From contig JAYRIM010000023.1 of NCBI GenBank assembly GCA_041906785.1, forward strand, positions 64,019 through 128,018: DNA of 64,000 nucleotides. Direction: 5' to 3'. Numbering within the stretch: the first letter of the stretch is position 1; every line of letters begins with the position of its first letter. This DNA is from Candidatus Levyibacteriota bacterium. Its GTDB lineage: Bacteria > Patescibacteriota > Microgenomatia > Levybacterales > UBA12049. This document shows positions 58,821-64,000 of the stretch, one piece after another. The notes below the pieces were generated by a model, which saw nothing but the letters and a program-made list of their open reading frames with translations, was not told the DNA's origin and made no database searches. The translations under genes were made by a program, and so were the position numbers.

Positions 58821-59609
58821 TCATCCACTCGCACTTGTGTAGTATCGTAATGCAAATTTCCAAAATGTTCTAGAAAGGAAGAAAAATAAAAATGCGAAAA
58901 AGAATAAAGCAACTACTTCAATTTTATCTGCTTTTCCTAATAAAAATTTTGTTGGAACAGACACCACCAAAGTAAATGGCATAAATACTAACAGACTAAA
59001 TAAAACGAGATTATCAAAAATTTCTCGCGGATATCTTGTGAGACCTGTAAACTGATCCAATAGCGCCTTTAGATTCATCAAATTTGTAAACCAGATGGTA
59101 AGTGTCATTATCATAAGCCATATACTGTATATAATAAGTAAACCAGCGATCAAAAGAAATAAAAAAAGAAAAAAATCTAAAAAACCTGGCGATTTTCTAA
59201 GTAGATGAAGCAAATAAAATGTAATTCCAATAGCAACAGGGATTCTGAAAAAAGCTCCAATATTTACATATCTGAAACTCATCCAAAATTGTGCATCTAC
59301 TGGTTTAATAAGATATTGATCTAATTTCCCGAAATGTATTATCCAAGCAAATCTATCCATATTTTTAGCTACAGTAGTTCTAAATATACCAATCATAATA
59401 TTAAAAATAGCAGTTAGCAGAAATAACTCTTCTCTTGTCCAGCCTTGCACAGACTTTGTTCTTGAGGTTAAAAGAAACATAACGATAAATGTAAATGATC
59501 CCCATGCCAAATGCGAAAATAAACTGTTGTAAAAACTCAGACGAAACGCGGTCATTTCTAAAAAACTATATTTTATAAAAAGATAATAAATATACATGTA
59601 CCGTTTCAT
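58821..59609 (-). CDS. ABC-2 family (DUF990-type) permease
   Basis: GKLDQYLIKPVD, RYPREIF, ALRYYTSASG. Confidence 0.88.
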   Translation of the reverse strand: MKRYMYIYYLFIKYSFLEMTAFRLSFYNSLFSHLAWGSFTFIVMFLLTSRTKSVQGWTREELFLLTAIFNIMIGIFRTTVAKNMDRFAWIIHFGKLDQYLIKPVDAQFWMSFRYVNIGAFFRIPVAIGITFYLLHLLRKSPGFLDFFLFLFLLIAGLLIIYSIWLMIMTLTIWFTNLMNLKALLDQFTGLTRYPREIFDNLVLFSLLVFMPFTLVVSVPTKFLLGKADKIEVVALFFFAFLFFFLSRTFWKFALRYYTSASG

Positions 59610-59611
59610 AA

Positions 59612-60403
59612 TTATTGACCCATCCCTGTAAATTTTCTAATTCCTTTATTCCAGAGAAACCTATATAGCATCGCAAAAATCCCTATCCATAGTAGTTGAT
59701 TACATATCACATAGACTACACCTAATAAAGGTAACTTCCCTTGAAAACTAATTACTGGATAATAAATCATATAAGAGAAAGGTAATGCTTTTGCTATTCT
59801 ACTTATAGTGTCAGGCATAAGATCCAAAGGTAAAATATATCCTGCAAAAATTGTGATAGCAATATCAATAAAACTATAGAATCCTCTTGCATCTGTAAAC
59901 CAAAACGCGGTTAATCCAAGTACCATTTTGAAAACATGAGATAACATAAATGCAAAGATAACAGTTATGAAAGAGAGTAAAATAATAAATATATTTGAAG
60001 ATATTGTGAAAAATTGACCAAACAGATTTACAAAGAACAAACAAACTATAATTCCAAAAAAACCTTGTAGTAAACGATATGGAATTTCTCGAATAAAGTT
60101 TATCCAATAGTAAGAAAAAGGTTTTATAATGTATTTTACAAGCTGTCCTTGTTCGATATCTTCATGAGCTACATCATCTTCAATATGTGACATAAGCATT
60201 GCGCTTGCAATTATTAATAGAAAATAATAAGAAGCGACAGAAGAAAGTGACCACCCGTTAATACTCCCTTTCGTCAGAACACTTTTCCAAAAAAAAAGAA
60301 AAATTAAAGGGTCAAAAAGAGCGATAAGAAACCATACGAGTGAAACTCCTCGTCTTTCGAACACATATTGGAAATGGAGCAAAAAAATTCTGACATAACG
60401 CAT
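59612..60403 (-). CDS. ABC-2 family (DUF990-type) permease
   Basis: DIEQGQL.KYIIKP, AGYILPLDLMP, LPF....YP. Confidence 0.88.
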   Translation of the reverse strand: MRYVRIFLLHFQYVFERRGVSLVWFLIALFDPLIFLFFWKSVLTKGSINGWSLSSVASYYFLLIIASAMLMSHIEDDVAHEDIEQGQLVKYIIKPFSYYWINFIREIPYRLLQGFFGIIVCLFFVNLFGQFFTISSNIFIILLSFITVIFAFMLSHVFKMVLGLTAFWFTDARGFYSFIDIAITIFAGYILPLDLMPDTISRIAKALPFSYMIYYPVISFQGKLPLLGVVYVICNQLLWIGIFAMLYRFLWNKGIRKFTGMGQ

Positions 60404-60411
60404 AAAAAGAA

Positions 60412-60481
60412 TTAGCGATTAGCGAATAAGCGATTAGCTTCTAGATTTTAACTAAACGCTAGACCTCATGTTCTAAACGCT
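60412..60481. repeat. Inverted heptamer arrays (TTAGCGA / CTAAACG)
   Basis: ttagcga ttagcga a taagcga ttagctt ... ctaaacg ctagacc tcatgtt ctaaacg ct. Confidence 0.8.
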
Positions 60482-61450
60482 TTTCTTAGTAAATATATCC
60501 CTAATAATATCTTCTATATCTGGCTCTTCGATATTAATATCATCAACTGGAAATTCTTCAAGCAACTTCGCTGCTACATGTTTCGTTTTTTCAAATGGAA
60601 CAGATAAAACTACTTTTGGGAAATCATATTGTTCAATGTTACCTAATTTTTCCAGTTTTTCTTTCGAAACTTTTTCTTCAAAGGTTACAGAAAGATATTT
60701 ATTTGCAGAATATTCTTTTACGATATCAGCTAATTTTCCATCATAGAGAATTTTTCCATGGTCAATGATGATAACCCGCTCACAAAGTTGACGGACATCT
60801 TCCATATAATGACTGGTTAATAAGATAGTCGCTTTATATCGAGCATTATATTCTTTAATAAAATCGCGAAGTTTCTTCTGCATAACCACATCAAGCCCGA
60901 TAGTTGGCTCATCAAGAAATAAAACTTTTGGCGAATGAATTAACGCAGCGATAAGTTCACATTTCATCCGCTGCCCGAGTGATAATTTTCGCACCTGGAC
61001 ATTCAATACATCTTTAACGTCGAGAAGTTCTGATAATTCATGTAATACTTCGTGATATCTCCTGTCTGGAACTTCATAAATTTCTTTATTTAATAAGAAT
61101 GAGTCTATAGCTGGGAGATCCCACCATAATTGGTTTTTTTGCCCCATGACGAGAGCTATTTTCTTTAGAAAATTGTTGTTTCGTTCAAATGGAGTGAAGC
61201 CAAGAACGTTCACATCGCCGCTCGTCGGATAGAGGAGACCAGATAAACATTTTAATGTCGTAGTTTTACCAGCGCCATTTGGACCGATAAATCCGACAAG
61301 TTCACCTTCTTCTATAGAAAAAGAGATAGCATCTACAGCTTTTGCATCATAATGTTTTCTATTAAAAAGAGATTTTAAAGAACCGATAAAACCAGGCTCT
61401 TTTTGATAAACTTTGTAATACTTTGAGAGATTGGATACTGATATTACCAT
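60473..61450 (-). CDS. ABC transporter ATP-binding protein
   Basis: GPNGAGKTT, GQKNQLWWDLP, LSLGQ, LFLDEPTIGLD, TSH. Confidence 0.95.
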   Translation of the reverse strand: MVISVSNLSKYYKVYQKEPGFIGSLKSLFNRKHYDAKAVDAISFSIEEGELVGFIGPNGAGKTTTLKCLSGLLYPTSGDVNVLGFTPFERNNNFLKKIALVMGQKNQLWWDLPAIDSFLLNKEIYEVPDRRYHEVLHELSELLDVKDVLNVQVRKLSLGQRMKCELIAALIHSPKVLFLDEPTIGLDVVMQKKLRDFIKEYNARYKATILLTSHYMEDVRQLCERVIIIDHGKILYDGKLADIVKEYSANKYLSVTFEEKVSKEKLEKLGNIEQYDFPKVVLSVPFEKTKHVAAKLLEEFPVDDINIEEPDIEDIIRDIFTKKSV

Positions 61451-61463
61451 AAGCGTAAAGCAA

Positions 61464-61841
61464 CTAGCGTTTAGCGTCTAGATTATTATTCATTTTTTTA
61501 ATCATTGAATTCAACATACGTAAAACCTCGTCTAGTAATTGTTCTGCTTTCAAAAAATATTCATTCTCTGTTAGTTGAAGTTCTTTCGCAATAAGCATTT
61601 GTGTTTCTAGCTCAAGAGCAGATCCATATGATATCAGACATGCATGAATATATTCTTTTTTCGATCCTCTGCCATATCCTTCAGCAATATTTGATGGTAT
61701 AGAGACAGATGCTTTACGCATTTGTATGATAATGCCATACATCTCTGATTTTGGAAACTTTTCTGTTACTATATACACTTCTTTTACTAACTCTATAGAT
61801 TTTTTCCAAACAATTAATTCTTTATATGTTTTAATGTACAT
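61464..61841 (-). CDS. Four-helix-bundle protein (23S rRNA IVS-protein family)
   Basis: YKELIVWKKS, FPKSEMYG...QMRKASVSIPSNIAEGYGR, GSALELETQ. Confidence 0.93.
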   Translation of the reverse strand: MYIKTYKELIVWKKSIELVKEVYIVTEKFPKSEMYGIIIQMRKASVSIPSNIAEGYGRGSKKEYIHACLISYGSALELETQMLIAKELQLTENEYFLKAEQLLDEVLRMLNSMIKKMNNNLDAKR

Positions 61842-61862
61842 TATCTAAACGCTATACGCTAA
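61464..61862. repeat. 20-nt inverted heptamer-built repeats bracketing the four-helix-bundle gene
   Basis: 61464-83 ctagcgtttagcgtctagat versus reverse complement of 61843-62 ttagcgtatagcgtttagat (17/20). Confidence 0.85.
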
Positions 61863-61893
61863 TTTACTAATTACTCTGCTACATATGATTATA

Positions 61894-61930
61894 ACAAAAG
61901 AAGCCCTTCAATAATATGAAGAGCTTCTTT
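61894..61930 (-). terminator. Intrinsic terminator after HU gene
   Basis: AAAGAAGCUCUUCA-N6-UGAAGGGCUUCUUU followed by UGUU. Confidence 0.75.
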
Positions 61931-61950
61931 ATATAAAACGAGTAACAATG

Positions 61951-62223
61951 TTATTTAATCGATCTTTTAAATGACTTTCCTGCAGTAAAACCAGGTGTTT
62001 TTCTGGCTGGAAGTTGAATTCTTTCTCCAGTCTTTGGATTCCGTCCTGGTCGAGCTTTTTTCGGACGAAGACTAAATGTTCCAAATCCGGTTAATACTAC
62101 TTTCTCTCCTCGCTTTAAAGAATCTTGAACAGTTGAGAGAAACGTTTGGACGACATCACGCGTGGCTTTACTAGTAAGATTCGTTTTTTTCGCAACAACT
62201 TCAATAATATCGTTCTTAGTAAT
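61951..62223 (-). CDS. hup: DNA-binding protein HU, probable ATT start
   Basis: (M)TKNDIIEVVA...GEKVVLTGFGTF.....ARPGRNPKTGE; 90 aa from ATT at 62223. Confidence 0.92.
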   Translation of the reverse strand: MTKNDIIEVVAKKTNLTSKATRDVVQTFLSTVQDSLKRGEKVVLTGFGTFSLRPKKARPGRNPKTGERIQLPARKTPGFTAGKSFKRSIK

Positions 62224-62352
62224 ATGAATCACCCCCCAAAAAAGTCTGATCAAATGGAGATATTTTCGCAGATAATAAATAGTATGAGCAGTTTGTCATG
62301 AACAACGACGAACAGATTAACAATACAATGAAAACGAAGTGTTTGTCAAGAG

Positions 62353-63630
62353 TTATGCAATCATTCTTTCAGGATATACAGCTCGGAATTCTCGTATTGC
62401 TGTCACTTTCACTTCTCCAGGAACCGCAAGAGATTTACTGACTTCTTCTTGAATTTTTCGTGAGATGAGTAACGTCTGATTATCATCAAGAACTCCAGGA
62501 TTTATAATAACACGTAATTCACGACCAGCCTCAAATGCATACGCATCTTCTACGCCTTCATACCGTTTTGCGATCTCTTCCATTTCCGTCAAACGCTTTG
62601 CGTAGTTTTCAATATCTTCATATCTCGCACCAGGCCGCATGCCTGAAATTTTATCTGCAGTCGCAACGACGATAGATTCTATTCTCGAAAATGGCTTATC
62701 TTCATGATGTTCAGCAACACAGTCAATAACTTCTTCAGGAAAGTTATATCGTTTTAAGAAATCAACACCGAGTTTCACATGGCTTCCTTCACCTTCGAGA
62801 ACTTTTCCTATATCATGAAAGAGACATCCAAGTCTAACAATATCCACATTCGCGCCTATTTCTTGTGCGAGATGAATACCAATCTTTGTTTCCTCAAGCG
62901 TATGCACTACTAAATTCTGTCCGAAAGATGTACGGAATTTAAATCGCCCGAGTGCTGCATATAAATCTGCTGAGAGATTGAAAACGCCTACTTCTGCTGC
63001 TAATTTCTGTCCTTCATCTAGCATAATCTTCTCAACTTCTTTTTTCGTTTGTTCTACGACTTCTTCAATTCTGAAAGGCTGAATTCTCGCATCTTTGAGA
63101 AGAATTAATAATGCGCGGCGTCCGATTTCCCGACGGACTGAATCAAATGATGAAAGTTTAATCACTCCTTCTTCATCCAAATCTACATCTACACCAGTCG
63201 CCTGCTCAAAAGCACGAATATTCCGGCCTTCTTTACCGATAATTCGTCCTTTCATTTCTTCATTTTCGACATGAACGATTGAAACAGTATATTCTGGAAT
63301 ATAATTTATCGCGCCATGGCGAATACTATCGAGGAGGATTTCCTGAGCTTTTACATCTGCAGTCGCTTTCGCTTCTTCTTCACGTTCTTTTATAATTTTC
63401 GCCATTCCAGCTGCAGCGAGCTGTTCTGCTTCTTTTAGAAGTTCTTCCTTCGCCTCATCTCGAGTTAAAGAAGATACTTTCTCAAGCTTTTCGAGATAGT
63501 CTTCTTGTTTTTGCCTAAGCTGCTCGTCTAACTTTTCAAGCTGTTCTTGTTTTTGTTCGAGTTTCTCTTGACGTTCTAAAAGTTTTTTCTCAAGAAGTAT
63601 TAAATCTTGCTGTGTTGCTACATCTGCCAT
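62353..63630 (-). CDS. rny: Ribonuclease Y
   Basis: MKGRIIGKEGRNIR (KH), RTSFGQN, HDIGK (HD), RPGAR, AGRELRV. Confidence 0.95.
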   Translation of the reverse strand: MADVATQQDLILLEKKLLERQEKLEQKQEQLEKLDEQLRQKQEDYLEKLEKVSSLTRDEAKEELLKEAEQLAAAGMAKIIKEREEEAKATADVKAQEILLDSIRHGAINYIPEYTVSIVHVENEEMKGRIIGKEGRNIRAFEQATGVDVDLDEEGVIKLSSFDSVRREIGRRALLILLKDARIQPFRIEEVVEQTKKEVEKIMLDEGQKLAAEVGVFNLSADLYAALGRFKFRTSFGQNLVVHTLEETKIGIHLAQEIGANVDIVRLGCLFHDIGKVLEGEGSHVKLGVDFLKRYNFPEEVIDCVAEHHEDKPFSRIESIVVATADKISGMRPGARYEDIENYAKRLTEMEEIAKRYEGVEDAYAFEAGRELRVIINPGVLDDNQTLLISRKIQEEVSKSLAVPGEVKVTAIREFRAVYPERMIA

Positions 63631-63753
63631 ACTATTTTCTAGGCAATAAGAAGAAACCAAGTTGGACTTGGTTGTTTATGCTTCGTATAACGAAAGAAGG
63701 ACTCTTAACATAAATACGTAAGTGCAATCTTCTCTTGCCACTCTTAGAAGGTA

Positions 63754-64000
63754 TTATACTCCATCACGTAAAACCTCGTCAATGCTGGACTTAATCGTGT
63801 CCCAATCAAAACCTCTTCGTGCTAGGTGAGCGCCGAGCTTTTGATATATTTCATATTTTGGTAGATCTTTATATTTTCCAATCTTTTTCTCAACTATCTT
63901 TTTCGCAGACTCATCATCATTCTGAATTCTTAATTCTGAACTCTGAAGTACTTTATCGATAATATCTTGTCCAATTCCTTTTTGTTTCAATTCCAGTTTT
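63754..64000 (-). CDS. recX: Regulatory protein RecX, 3' part (runs off the right edge)
   Basis: ELKQKGI...I...L and KL..HLARRGF.W..I; upstream of rny as in recA-recX-rny. Confidence 0.85.
   Translation of the reverse strand, partial: KLELKQKGIGQDIIDKVLQSSELRIQNDDESAKKIVEKKIGKYKDLPKYEIYQKLGAHLARRGFDWDTIKSSIDEVLRDGV
63920..63947 (-). repeat. In-frame heptamer array (TTCAGAA x4) in recX
   Basis: Minus strand ttcagag ttcagaa ttaagaa ttcagaa, encoding QSSELRIQN. Confidence 0.8.

Noticed and set aside
61464-61841. Diversity-generating retroelement suggested by the Avd-like fold
   Set aside because: No reverse transcriptase and no template/variable repeat pair seen in the window.
1-64000. Alternative genetic code (TGA recoding as in Gracilibacteria/SR1)
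   Set aside because: Conserved genes are full length in code 11, and several end at TGA (pnp, tdh, aclB, murB).

Overview
AT-rich core-chromosome segment of a small-genome bacterium. Gene content suggests Patescibacteria/CPR, probably Microgenomates-like (inference from truncated IF-2, short HrcA, class I LysRS, VirB2-like pilin and ATP-citrate lyase). It carries nusA-infB-(DHH-like)-rpsO-pnp, hrcA-grpE-dnaK-(PHP)-dnaJ with a CIRCE-like operator, tsaD, greA, a tdh-kbl-aclB-aclA-murB-homocitrate-synthase-like cluster, lysS, envelope glycosyltransferases, tatD, metG, a UvrD-nuclease fusion, RNase P RNA, a four-permease ABC system, HU, rny and partial rnj and recX. I saw no tRNA, rRNA, CRISPR array, transposase or prophage. 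Main unusual signals: (1) about 17 loci of degenerate 7-10-nt tandem repeats, each with its own unit, often as two inverted arms at gene junctions, sometimes in frame inside proteins, and in one case bracketing a four-helix-bundle gene; (2) three atypical AAA+ proteins: a cleanly split ClpB/C, a probably membrane-anchored Clp with a degenerate first ATPase ring, and a Lon with no protease domain; (3) a class I LysRS fused to a B3/4 editing-type domain; (4) many apparently leaderless genes and a probable ATT start for HU. All calls come from reading motifs by eye; no database searches were run.
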